From assembly GCA_963674735.2 (NCBI GenBank), contig CAXXQS010000003.1:64001-128000 (forward strand): a DNA stretch of 64,000 bases, read 5' to 3'. The translations under genes and the position numbers were made by a program. The DNA is from Myxococcota bacterium. GTDB lineage: Bacteria > Myxococcota_A > SURF-8. How positions within the stretch are numbered: the stretch's first letter is position 1; each line of letters begins with the position of its first letter. Of the stretch, positions 48,822-58,300 are shown piece after piece. The notes below the pieces were generated by a model. That model ran no database searches. It worked only from the letters and a program-made list of their open reading frames with translations, and was not told the origin of the DNA.

Positions 48822-50132
48822 TTACCAGTCGACGACGTCCATCAGGATGTCGAGGATGAATTTTGTGTGCATGTGCAGATCGTAGTAGCCGATGATATCG
48901 TCGAGTCCGCTGTGACAATTATGGCAGGGGGACACCACGATTTCGGCTTGAGTGGCTTTGAGTTGCTCGGCTTTGACACGATTGCTTTTCATGCGATGGA
49001 TTTTCCACGGGGGACCGCAATTGATGATGCCACCGCCTGCCGCGCAGCAGTAATTGTGTTCCTTGTTGGGACTGACATCCGTGAATTTCTCACAAGTTTC
49101 GTTGATGATGTAGCGCAGTTTGTCGCCCAACCCCAAGCCGCGAACGGTGTTGCAGGGATCCTGTACCGTGACGTGCGCCTCAAACTTTTTCTTGATACGA
49201 AGTTTTTTGTTTTTGATCAAGTCGTAGTAGAAATCGATGGCATGCACCATCGGGATAGGCGGAAAACGCCAGCCCAGCCAGCGGGGACCGTCGTAGACGG
49301 CTCCGCGATAGGCGTGTCCGCATTCGCCCATCACGATCTTTTTCACTTTCAAACGCATGGCCGTTTCCCAATGCAGCCGCTCCACTCGGCCCATGATTTC
49401 ATAGTCGCCCGAGAACATGGCCATGTTGCTGTTGTCCCAGCCATCGGTGGCGGGCATGGTCCAGTCGATTCCGGCCCGGTGCATGACTTTGGCCATACCG
49501 GCGATGAGATGGGCGGTGATTTTGGGCTCCGGTCCGATAACCGAGTACATGACCTCCGCGCCTTCTTTTTCGAGCGGCAGTCGCAAGTCGGGGTAGTCGA
49601 ACTGGGCTTCCTCTTCCTGCCACATCAAGGTGTCGATCCATTCGTCCTGGTTGACCCACATCTGGTTCATCGTGGCCGAGTGACTGTTGGTCGTATCTTG
49701 CAGATAGGCGGGCACCATGTGCAACAGGTGGCAAATGCGTCGTCCAAGCAGGATCAGGTAGGCGATATCGATACCGAAGGGGCAGTACATGCTGCAACGG
49801 CGGCAGGTGCCGCATTCGGTGTAGACGATACGCGACATATTGCGGATGAATTCCGGTTCCACCAGTCCGTCTCGTTTGACCAGTTCCCAAATGGTGTTGC
49901 GTACCTTCGATACCGGCGCATATTGTGGGTCACGATCGAAAGACAGATAGGTGTGGCAGGCTTCCGCACATAGTCCGCAGCGGACGCAGGTTTCCATGTA
50001 CATCTTGAAGCGCCCGGCCGTTTCCTGAGTGAGCACGCGTTTCACGACTCGTTGGATCTTTTCCGGCGTCAGCCGCTTGATGCCTTCATCGAGGCCGGAA
50101 TCTTTGATCTTGTCATCAACGATGGTTACCAT
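48822..50132 (-). CDS. tmcB: Cytoplasmic Fe-S protein of HdrD/DsrK family, TmcB type
   Basis: CVRCGLCAEAC, CGTCRRCSMYCP, ECGH, DPCN, CCAAGGG, PCHNC; N-terminus D.GL..G...LT.EKI..VV as in TmcB. Confidence 0.88.
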   Translation of the reverse strand: MVTIVDDKIKDSGLDEGIKRLTPEKIQRVVKRVLTQETAGRFKMYMETCVRCGLCAEACHTYLSFDRDPQYAPVSKVRNTIWELVKRDGLVEPEFIRNMSRIVYTECGTCRRCSMYCPFGIDIAYLILLGRRICHLLHMVPAYLQDTTNSHSATMNQMWVNQDEWIDTLMWQEEEAQFDYPDLRLPLEKEGAEVMYSVIGPEPKITAHLIAGMAKVMHRAGIDWTMPATDGWDNSNMAMFSGDYEIMGRVERLHWETAMRLKVKKIVMGECGHAYRGAVYDGPRWLGWRFPPIPMVHAIDFYYDLIKNKKLRIKKKFEAHVTVQDPCNTVRGLGLGDKLRYIINETCEKFTDVSPNKEHNYCCAAGGGIINCGPPWKIHRMKSNRVKAEQLKATQAEIVVSPCHNCHSGLDDIIGYYDLHMHTKFILDILMDVVDW

Positions 50133-50165
50133 TGTTGGTTTGCCCTCCTCGCAGGTCGAATGCGC

Positions 50166-50813
50166 CTACCAGTCTTTTGAATTTCGTACGTAACCGAATT
50201 CGCTACCCATGTAAGCCCGTGACAAGCCGAAATAGATCATGTGTATCAGCCGGGTGAACGGAATGGCGATCAACCAGGCGGCACCGAACATCATGTGGAT
50301 AGTGATCGTCGTTTCGTAGCTTCCCACCTGATAATAGGCCAACATGCCGGAGATGAACGGTCCAAGTACCAGCAACAGCAAAAGATAATCTTTGATCGTG
50401 CTGATGAGCCGCACGGTCGGGTTCGCAATCCGGCGCAGACCGAAAATCAAGCCGAATACGATTAGGATGATCGTCATGGCGTTGGTGAGCCCATCGGGTA
50501 GATGCGGCCAGCCGAAGCCCCAGGATTCACGGATGAGTGCGATGTGACCAAGGGCGAATAATGGTGTGGCGAACAGCAGGAAGTGGAATCCGAACGAAAC
50601 CAGGGTGAAACCGGGTCGCATACGCATGTTGGTGCTGCCAAATGGAATCAGCCAGTGCAGAATCGAGCGCAACCCGTATTTAAAATTGAAATAGGCGTAA
50701 AAGACTTTATCTTTTTTCGCCAGTTTGTGCAGGGTTATCACTTTGTAAAGGCTTCCGACGATGAAAGCGGCGAAAGCGATCCAAACCAGTGGTCCGCGAG
50801 CGAATTCATACAT
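50166..50813 (-). CDS. tmcC: NarI-like membrane cytochrome b, TmcC type
   Basis: GPLVW, SILHWLIPF, FH/GH/IH heme ligands, IPFTRL.HM, C-terminal GSEFG.VR..KDW. Confidence 0.88.
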   Translation of the reverse strand: MYEFARGPLVWIAFAAFIVGSLYKVITLHKLAKKDKVFYAYFNFKYGLRSILHWLIPFGSTNMRMRPGFTLVSFGFHFLLFATPLFALGHIALIRESWGFGWPHLPDGLTNAMTIILIVFGLIFGLRRIANPTVRLISTIKDYLLLLLVLGPFISGMLAYYQVGSYETTITIHMMFGAAWLIAIPFTRLIHMIYFGLSRAYMGSEFGYVRNSKDW

Positions 50814-50870
50814 GGCTGTATCCTTCTGAAAGTCGTCGTATCCGTTTTCCCGTTGCGATCGGGAAACGGA

Positions 50871-52118
50871 TCATAACGCAATGACCTCCCGCACGTACTG
50901 ACCATTGTGAACGTAACGCAAAAGCAGGCTGTCGCCGTCGGGACTGAATGTCGGGTCCCAAAGCTTGTCGAAGCCGTCCGCTACGATACGGCCATCCACA
51001 ACGGCGCAGAAGCGTCCGTCGCGGTCGGCGCGGGTCGCTACCCGATGACCGCTCGGGCTGAATAGCGGTTCGTAAATCATATCAAAGGTTTCGTTCCAGG
51101 TCTGGTCGTCAACCGCGATGCTCCAGCGGTTGTCGGATTTGACTACAGTTGCCAAACGCGCTCCATCGGGGGAGAAAACAGGTGTTTCCACCAGGTCACT
51201 CCAACGCGATTTCCAGGGTTGGTCGTCGATTGCGAGGGTCCAGCGACCGAATTCCGGCGCAACGACGGCGGCCAAGCGCCGACCATCGGGGGACAGCCGT
51301 TGGTTCCACAATTGGGCATAGGAACGTTCCCAGAAAATCTCGCCGTTTTTGGCCATCCACCAGTTTCCTTGTTTACGTACGGGGGCGACTACCGATCCGT
51401 CACTGAGAAACAAGGGTTTCCACACACCGCCGAAAATCTGACTCCAAGCTCGTCCGTTTTTGGCGATGGTGTATTGATCGTTGCTGACGCGCACCTCGGC
51501 AGCCACCGATTCGCTTTTGGCGTCGAACACGGGGTTCCAGGCCCCGACAAAGGTATTGTCCCAAGCCTGATTGTCTACCGCAACGGTCCAGACTCCTTTG
51601 AAAAAACTGTCCAGATCGGCGGGCTTGAGCACTTGGGTTTGTACCGTTGTGGCCGCGTGCTGACCGTCGGGACTGAGGGCGTGATCGCGGATGGCGTCGA
51701 AATGGTTGCCCCAGGCTTCGCCGTTGTGCACGATGCCGAAGTCCATGCCCTCTTTGACCATGAGTAGTGAGGATTCACCATCGGATGAATATAGCGGACT
51801 CCAGGCGAAGGCGTAACGGCCTTCCAATGGCTGGTCGTTGATGGCGACGGTCCATTCATCGTCAATTCGAACAAGGCAAGCCACCTGACTGGGAGAAATG
51901 AAACGCAAACTCCACGTCTTTTCCGATGTGGTTTCCCATGGTAGATCGTTCAGTTGAACGAGGTGGTCGCCGGATTCTTCCCGCACGACCATCGCCAACG
52001 TTTCGCCGTCAGGGCTTGGCACCATTTCCTCGATGGTCCGATTGTCTTGTGTAGCGGAGGCAAGACTAAATACCTGCCTGCGGCCCACCTGCCAATCGAT
52101 TTGTTTGCCACCTGCCAT
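50871..52118 (-). CDS. tmcD: Trp-rich beta-propeller protein, TmcD type
   Basis: Repeated W...F...W.P.FSPDG..LA and W..AVD...W blades; next to tmcC/tmcB. Confidence 0.85.
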   Translation of the reverse strand: MAGGKQIDWQVGRRQVFSLASATQDNRTIEEMVPSPDGETLAMVVREESGDHLVQLNDLPWETTSEKTWSLRFISPSQVACLVRIDDEWTVAINDQPLEGRYAFAWSPLYSSDGESSLLMVKEGMDFGIVHNGEAWGNHFDAIRDHALSPDGQHAATTVQTQVLKPADLDSFFKGVWTVAVDNQAWDNTFVGAWNPVFDAKSESVAAEVRVSNDQYTIAKNGRAWSQIFGGVWKPLFLSDGSVVAPVRKQGNWWMAKNGEIFWERSYAQLWNQRLSPDGRRLAAVVAPEFGRWTLAIDDQPWKSRWSDLVETPVFSPDGARLATVVKSDNRWSIAVDDQTWNETFDMIYEPLFSPSGHRVATRADRDGRFCAVVDGRIVADGFDKLWDPTFSPDGDSLLLRYVHNGQYVREVIAL

Positions 52119-52196
52119 CTCAATGCACTCCCGAGTTGACTAAAGTTGAGATCAAGCGCCTGTTAGCGCATCCGGGACACGAGTATCATACTCAAG

Positions 52197-52631
52197 CTAG
52201 TTCTCGCTGTCTACTTTCGCCCATTGTTTGAAATAGGCACAGTGGCGACAGTCGGGGACTGTGTGCCCGTTGACTTCGCGTTCATGGACCTGTGTCCAAC
52301 AATTCAGCGTGTAATTCCGATGGATTGGACATGTTGTGCAATCGATATTTTGTGGAAGGACCGGAACGGAAACCCGATTGCCGCCCCGGGCTTGTTTCCG
52401 ATATTCCCAGCACATAGGCCGAGTGGCGAAATCCCGATCGAGTTGCTCGATTGTCATTCCACGCTTCAACATGAATGTACGTAAGGAAGCCACCAAGATA
52501 CGGTATTGGCCTCCGGCTGTTTTCTGGGCGGGCAACAAGCCTTTCTTGATCCAGTTGACGATGGTCTCGGCGGTGACAAAACAATAGGACGCTGCTTTTC
52601 CAGTGCTGATTGCCCATTGCTTTTCCGCCAT
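52197..52631 (-). CDS. Excisionase-type (HTH_17) DNA-binding protein with Cys-rich C-terminal domain
   Basis: STGKAASYC.V...TIVNWI.KG.LPA.KT.GGQYRI; then CW, CxxC, CW, CxxC; start 52631 or 52640. Confidence 0.85.
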   Translation of the reverse strand: MAEKQWAISTGKAASYCFVTAETIVNWIKKGLLPAQKTAGGQYRILVASLRTFMLKRGMTIEQLDRDFATRPMCWEYRKQARGGNRVSVPVLPQNIDCTTCPIHRNYTLNCWTQVHEREVNGHTVPDCRHCAYFKQWAKVDSEN

Positions 52632-52671
52632 ATTTTCCAACTCTTAGCGCTGGCTGTTTCAAGTTGCGGGA

Positions 52672-52716
52672 CGCTTGGGTGTTTTGGCGATTGTTGCTGT
52701 TTTAGTGTTTTTGGTA
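52672..52716 (-). repeat. Five imperfect 9-bp direct repeats (candidate operator)
   Basis: + strand cgcttgggt gttttggcg attgttgct gttttagtg tttttggta; T at position 5 and G at position 7 invariant. Confidence 0.5.
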
Positions 52717-52735
52717 CTTCCACCTAACCGATTGA

Positions 52736-52764
52736 AAATTATCCCAGCTAGTGTTGTTTGTCAA
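52736..52764 (-). promoter_or_regulatory. Putative sigma70 promoter of HTH-tmc-hmc operon
   Basis: TTGACA-N17-TAATTT on minus strand. Confidence 0.55.
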
Positions 52765-52923
52765 TGCCTTTTTCTTGTTGCTGTCTTCTTTGAGCCGTTA
52801 TTGTAAACATAGAAAACTTCATTCAAAGTAGTGTTCAGGTCGGTCTACTCGGTAATGGCCGGGTGCCGGTGGCTTGCTGGACCGGTGGATTATGAGGTGT
52901 TGTACGAATGGTTCAAATTGTAC

Positions 52924-52954
52924 TTGACAGTATGCTGACAGTATGTCATAGAAG
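52924..52954 (+). promoter_or_regulatory. Putative MerR-controlled promoter/operator
   Basis: TTGACA at 52924; 11-bp direct repeat TGACAGTATGC/TGACAGTATGT; internal dyad TGACA-GTA-TGTCA; weak -10 TAGAAG at 19-bp spacing. Confidence 0.55.
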
Positions 52955-52982
52955 TATACGAATACTGATACTTGGAGGATGC

Positions 52983-53729
52983 ATGGCACACCGTCCTGTT
53001 TTCACGCTTGAAGAAGCGGCGGCTCATTTTCATATGGAGGTTGGACCGCTGCTTGACTGGTTGGAGCACCGTCTGATTTCCCCGTCGTTTGTGGCCGATG
53101 ATCAGCAGCCGCTGTTCGACGATAACGACTTGGCGCATTTGGAAGGATTGGTCGAACTGTACCGGATCGGCTATGCGACTGCCGATATTCGGAAAATCAC
53201 CCGGAAAGTCGGTCTTCCAAAAGTGTCGCGGCGTGGGAAGGGAAAGGTTCTGCGACGCTATCTGACGGTCGGAGAGTTGGCCTCGCGCTGCGGCTTGAAT
53301 CCCCGAACCATCAAGTACTGGGAAGAACGCGGCATCATTGCTCCTACCACTCGTAGTAGCGGTGGTTTCCGGCTGTACGACGAAGAATATGTCACGTTTT
53401 GTCGGCTCATTCAGGATTTGCAACTTTTCGGTTATACGCTGGAGGAGATTAAAGGCGTCGCCGGTCGTTTCAAAGTCTATTCCGAATTGCGGATGGATCG
53501 TTTTTCGGGAAACGAGAGCGAGGCACAGGCGCAGTTGGATGACATGTTGCAGGCCCTTGATTCGCTGAGCGTCCGTATGGATGAATTGACGAAAGGAGTC
53601 CAGCGATGGCGAAAACTGATCAAAGACAAACGATCGGAGGTTCTGGGATTTCGTCGGCGATACGGGAAATCCGCCGAGAAACCGGCCGAAGCCATACCGG
53701 AAGGCGGCGAAAACCCAAGCTCGTCATGA
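52983..53729 (+). CDS. MerR-family regulator with two HTH domains
   Basis: Degenerate first HTH (FTLEEAA...WLEHRLISP), canonical second (LTVGELA..CGLNPRTIKYWEERGII...GGFRLY), coiled coil; ATG 52983 with GGAGG. Confidence 0.9.
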   Translation: MAHRPVFTLEEAAAHFHMEVGPLLDWLEHRLISPSFVADDQQPLFDDNDLAHLEGLVELYRIGYATADIRKITRKVGLPKVSRRGKGKVLRRYLTVGELASRCGLNPRTIKYWEERGIIAPTTRSSGGFRLYDEEYVTFCRLIQDLQLFGYTLEEIKGVAGRFKVYSELRMDRFSGNESEAQAQLDDMLQALDSLSVRMDELTKGVQRWRKLIKDKRSEVLGFRRRYGKSAEKPAEAIPEGGENPSSS

Positions 53730-55225
53730 TCGAACCTCAGCCGCCCGGACGCCATGTGTTCAGTCGGCTGAAATTGCCCCGCTTGGGCGCGGTGCTGCTG
53801 GCGACCCTGGCCCGGAACCTAGGCTGGTCGGCTCAGGTCTATGTGGAAGATATCGCGCCGATCGATTACCAGGACGCGCTGACGGCCGACTTGGTGGGTA
53901 TCTCCACGATTACGTCCACGGCGCCGCGTGCCTATGCCATTGCCGACAGCCTGCGAGAGTTTGGTGTGCCGGTAGTGATGGGTGGACCCCACGTGAGTTT
54001 TTGCGAAGAAGAAGCGCTTGCGCATGCGGATTGGGTCGTACGGGGCGAGGGAGAAAAACCATTTATCGCCTTGCTTGATGCCTTGAAAGAGGAGGGGGAC
54101 ATGGAAGCGGTGCCCAGCTTGTCCTATCGTGGGCAAGACGGACAACTGCGGCATAACCCGCCCGCCGAACCTCTGGAGGATCTCGATAGCCTGCCGCATC
54201 CCGATTTCACGCTGATTTCCGGATGGCAGGCGGCGCGCAGTTTTTACAACCTGCCCATGATCCCCATTCAAATGACGCGTGGCTGTCCTTACAACTGTCG
54301 GTTTTGTTCGGTGGTACGTATGTTCGGGCGAAAGCTGCGTCGACGTTCGGCCGATCACATCATGGAGGAGCTCTCTCAGTATCGCGAGCAGATGATCTCC
54401 GCCTTTGTTTACGACGACAATTTTACGGCCGATCGTGCTTGGGCCAAGCAAATCCTTTCGCGTATGGTGGATGAGAAAATTTGCCCGCAAAACTGGTCGG
54501 CCCAAGTGCGGGTGGATGCGGCGCGAGACCCTGAGTTGTTGGAACTGATGCGGGCGGCCGGATGCAAAACGGTCTGCATCGGATTCGAATCGGCGAATCC
54601 CGAGTCGCTCAAAGAGATGAAAAAAGGGCAGACTCTGGAAGAAATGGTGCTGGCCGTGAGAGAATTCAAGCAGGCGAGCCTCGATGTGCATGGCATGTTC
54701 ATTTTCGGTTTCGATCACGACACGAAAGAAAGCCTGCGTGAGACGGTGCGTTTTGCTAAACGTCTGAGAATCTTGTCGGCCCAGTTCCTCCAGCTGACGC
54801 CCCTTCCGGGTACGCCCACCTATGATGAATTGAAAAACCAGGGACGTCTGATCATTCATGATTGGGCGCAGTACGACGGCGGCCATGTGACGTTTACGCC
54901 GAGCAATCTATCCCGGCGCGAGTTGCAATTGGAACAGATTCGTGCGCATGCCGTTTTCTATTCCCATGGACGCGCTCTGAAACAATTACTGGGCGGTTAC
55001 GTGACCGGTAGTCTGATTTATTTATATGCCCGGAAATTGAACCGGGAATGGGTGAAAGGCAATCGGGTTTATCTAAAGGCGCTCGAGTTATCGGAAAAGG
55101 CACGTCATTTCAACGTCAGCTTTGATTTCGAACTCGACTTGTCGGAAGTACGCGAGCAGATTGCACAGGCGGCAATGCGCTTGGTGTATGCCTGGCAGCC
55201 GAACAAAGAGCTGCCTGTGACCTGA
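53606..55225 (+). CDS. Cobalamin-binding-domain radical SAM protein
   Basis: LPRLG...LAT, DLVGIS, VVMGGPHVS, VRGEGE, RGCPYNCRFC, DDNF, IGFES, FIFGFD, TPLPGT; start 53606 or 53726. Confidence 0.92.
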   Translation: MAKTDQRQTIGGSGISSAIREIRRETGRSHTGRRRKPKLVMIEPQPPGRHVFSRLKLPRLGAVLLATLARNLGWSAQVYVEDIAPIDYQDALTADLVGISTITSTAPRAYAIADSLREFGVPVVMGGPHVSFCEEEALAHADWVVRGEGEKPFIALLDALKEEGDMEAVPSLSYRGQDGQLRHNPPAEPLEDLDSLPHPDFTLISGWQAARSFYNLPMIPIQMTRGCPYNCRFCSVVRMFGRKLRRRSADHIMEELSQYREQMISAFVYDDNFTADRAWAKQILSRMVDEKICPQNWSAQVRVDAARDPELLELMRAAGCKTVCIGFESANPESLKEMKKGQTLEEMVLAVREFKQASLDVHGMFIFGFDHDTKESLRETVRFAKRLRILSAQFLQLTPLPGTPTYDELKNQGRLIIHDWAQYDGGHVTFTPSNLSRRELQLEQIRAHAVFYSHGRALKQLLGGYVTGSLIYLYARKLNREWVKGNRVYLKALELSEKARHFNVSFDFELDLSEVREQIAQAAMRLVYAWQPNKELPVT

Positions 55226-55265
55226 GACGGTCTTGGATGCGTTCATTCGTCTGTATTATCTAAAT

Positions 55266-55298
55266 AAAAAAGCCCCCGCGACGATTGGCGGGGGCTTT
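55266..55298. terminator. Rho-independent terminator between convergent genes
   Basis: AAAAAAGCCCCCGC...GCGGGGGCTTT. Confidence 0.8.
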
Positions 55299-55318
55299 GC
55301 TTTAAATCCCAACCGTAT

Positions 55319-58300
55319 TTACAGCTTGGCCAATTCTTCGAGAGTCTCCGGGCTTGGCTGACGTGTGAAGCGCTGCAGCAGCGAGAAAAAGACCGGAACC
55401 ACGAACAGGGTGATGCAGGTGGAGAACAGCAAGCCACCCATGATCGCGAAACCCATGGAATGCTTGATTTCGGCTGCATTGGCGGTGGAGAGGACAACCG
55501 GAGTCATTCCGACCAACGTACCGCCGGCCGTCATCAGAATGGGGCGCAGACGGGTACGGCTCGATTCGACCAGCGCGGGAACCGTTTCCATGCCGCCGCG
55601 AGTCAATTGCAGGGCATAGTCGACCAGCAAAATCGAATTCTTGGTGACGATACCCATCAACATGATGATGCCGATGAAGCTCATGACGGACAAAGTCTGA
55701 TTAAACGTGTACAGACTGGCGACTGCGCCGGTGAAGGCAAAGGGCAGGGCCGTCATGATGGTGAAAGGGTGGATGAAGCTGTTGAACTGGGATGACAACA
55801 CGATGTAAATCAGGAAGATGGCGGCTAGCAGGGATAACGACAGGCTGGTGAATGATTCCTTCATGTGTTCGGCATCGCCTGCCATTTTAAGTTCCACTCC
55901 CGGAGGGAAATTTTGTGCCGCGAAGTTTTCCAGTTTTTCAGCTTGGAAACCGATCGTATAGCCGGGAGCAAGGCCGGATTTCACGCCGATTTTCCGGCTA
56001 CGGTCGATCCGGTTGATCTCGACCAGTTTATTGCCGTAGGTGATTTCAGCCACATCCGCCAGCCTGACCATCTGACCGCCGGTTCCCCTCATGGGTAGGC
56101 TGCGCAGGTAATCGAGTTGCTGGTAAGCGTCGTCGAGATAGGCCTTGATTTCGATTTCTTCACCGGTTTCATCGTTGATGCCGCTGATCTTTTCTCCGTC
56201 GATCAGGGAGCGCACCGCCAATCCGGTCTGAGCCGGATTGATACCGAGATCGGTCATTTTGTCGTGGTTGAATTGGATACGAATTTCTTTTTTATAACCC
56301 TTATCCGATTCAATGATATCGGTAAACCCGCCGTCCGCTTCCATGAAGGCGATCATCTGGGTTGAGGCTTGTTTGAGATCGGTGAAATTGGTGCCGACCA
56401 GGTTGAGCTGCACCGGGGCGGTTTCCATCCCTTCGGCCTTGACATAGCTGATGGAGACTTTGGCGTCGTATTTTTTCATCACAGGAGCCAGGCGTTCACG
56501 CACCAGTGTCATCGCTTCTTCCTGGTTGATGGAACGGGTTTCCTTAGGCTTCATCATCACCCGCATCCGGGCGAGATGCTTTTCTTTCCGGGTGCCGCCG
56601 CCAATGGTTGTAAAGGCGAAGCTTTCCCAGTCATATTTCGATAATATTTCGACGATTTCGCTACTGACAGCCTGGCTTCTATCGATGGAACTTTCACTAT
56701 CGAGCTCGACCACCACGTCGAATTCGCCTCGGTCGACATTGGGAAAGAAGGCCGAAGGCAAAAGCCCGGCAATCTGAAGACCGCCGACGAATAAAAGAAT
56801 CGCGATCACGATAACCATTGCGCGGTGGCCGAGCGCCCAGCTGACCCCGCTTGCGTACTTATTCTCAAGCCAAACCAGGAATCGGTCCATGATGCGGTAG
56901 AACAGGAGGTCTTTCTTTTCTTCTTTGAGAATCCGGCTGGCCAGAAGCGGGGCAACCGTGAAACTGACCGTCATCGAGATGATAATGGCGGCTACGACGG
57001 TAAGACCGAAATCATGAAAGAACGTACCCGCCATACCCGACATGACCGCAGTGGGACTGAACACGCAGATCAAGGCCAATTCCGCGCTGACGACCGCCAG
57101 CCCAACTTCGTTGGTTGCGTCGATAACCGCCCGAATCTTATTTTTCCCTTTTTTAATATGTCGGAAGATGGCCTCGATAACCACGATGGCATCGTCGGTC
57201 AGAATACCGACGGAAATCGATAATGCCAAAGTTGTCATGATGTTGAGGCTCAAGCCCGCCACTTTGACGAATAAAAAGGTTCCGATGATCGAAGTGGGGA
57301 GTGAAACGGCCACGATAAGAGCCGCGCGAGTGTTCATCAAAAAGGCGTAGATGATCAGCATCGCCATCAGGGCTCCGATGAACACGTCTCCAACCGAGCT
57401 TTCAACCGCTGCGCGGGTGAAGGGGGCCTGATCGCCGATGATTTCGATGCTGTATCCTTCAGGCAACTGCGCTTCGATTTTGGCGATCTCCGCTTTGATT
57501 TCTTCAGACATGGTTACCTGATTTACGGAGCCTTGTTTTTTCACCTTCAAAGCCACGGCGGGGGTGAGATCGAGAAACGAGGCGCTCTCTTCTTCTTCAA
57601 GGCCGTCTTCCACACGAGCGACATCCTTCAGACGCAAGGTGTTCGGGCCCACGGCGATAAGTGGCATTTGATTGATTTCGGGGAGGGTTTCCACCTCGCC
57701 AATACTGCGCACCGATAATTCCAGCGAATTATCAAGTACTTTTATGCTGCCTGCCGGAATATCCACAGACTTGCTTTTCATCAGTTGCACGACGTCAAGT
57801 GGTGACAGGTTGAGTTGATTCAGCTTGAACGGATCCAGCAGAACGCGGATTTCGCGTTCGCGTCCACCGTAGATATCGACGCTTCCGACACCGGAAATGG
57901 ACTGCAGCCGGGTCTTGATGCGTTTATCCGCCAGTCGGGTGACCTCGCTGAGTTTGATGCCTGAAGGAGCTTTGAGGAGCAACGACATCACGGCCTGCGC
58001 GTTGATGTCGAATTGTTCGATGATGGAATCGTCGGCATCGTCAGGCAGATCGCTTTTTACAGTGGCTACTTTATCGCGCACGTTTTGGGTGGCGATCGGA
58101 CCCTCCACATAGTCTTGGAAGGTGACGATGATAATGCCGACGTTATCGATGGCCGTGCTGTCGATATGCTTGATATCATTCAAGGTTCCGATTGAGTCTT
58201 CAAGTTTTTTTACGATATCTTCTTCAATCGTGCGCGCATTGGCCCCGGGATATATGGTCGTCACCGTGATGACCGGGAAATCCATGGTTGGCAGCAGTTC

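Noticed and set aside
48753-49973. 406-aa ORF antisense to tmcB (and similar shadows at 46089-47171, 53819-54886, 59242-60165)
   Set aside because: Antisense shadows of well-supported genes, no motifs
52197-52640. Excisionase as evidence of a prophage or ICE
   Set aside because: No integrase, att repeats or phage genes; HTH_17 plus Cys domain fits a regulator
53606-55225. Radical SAM as activase for the glycyl radical enzyme
   Set aside because: Has an N-terminal B12-binding domain and lacks GRE-activase motifs (DGPG, GCPLRCxWCxNPE, SGGEP)
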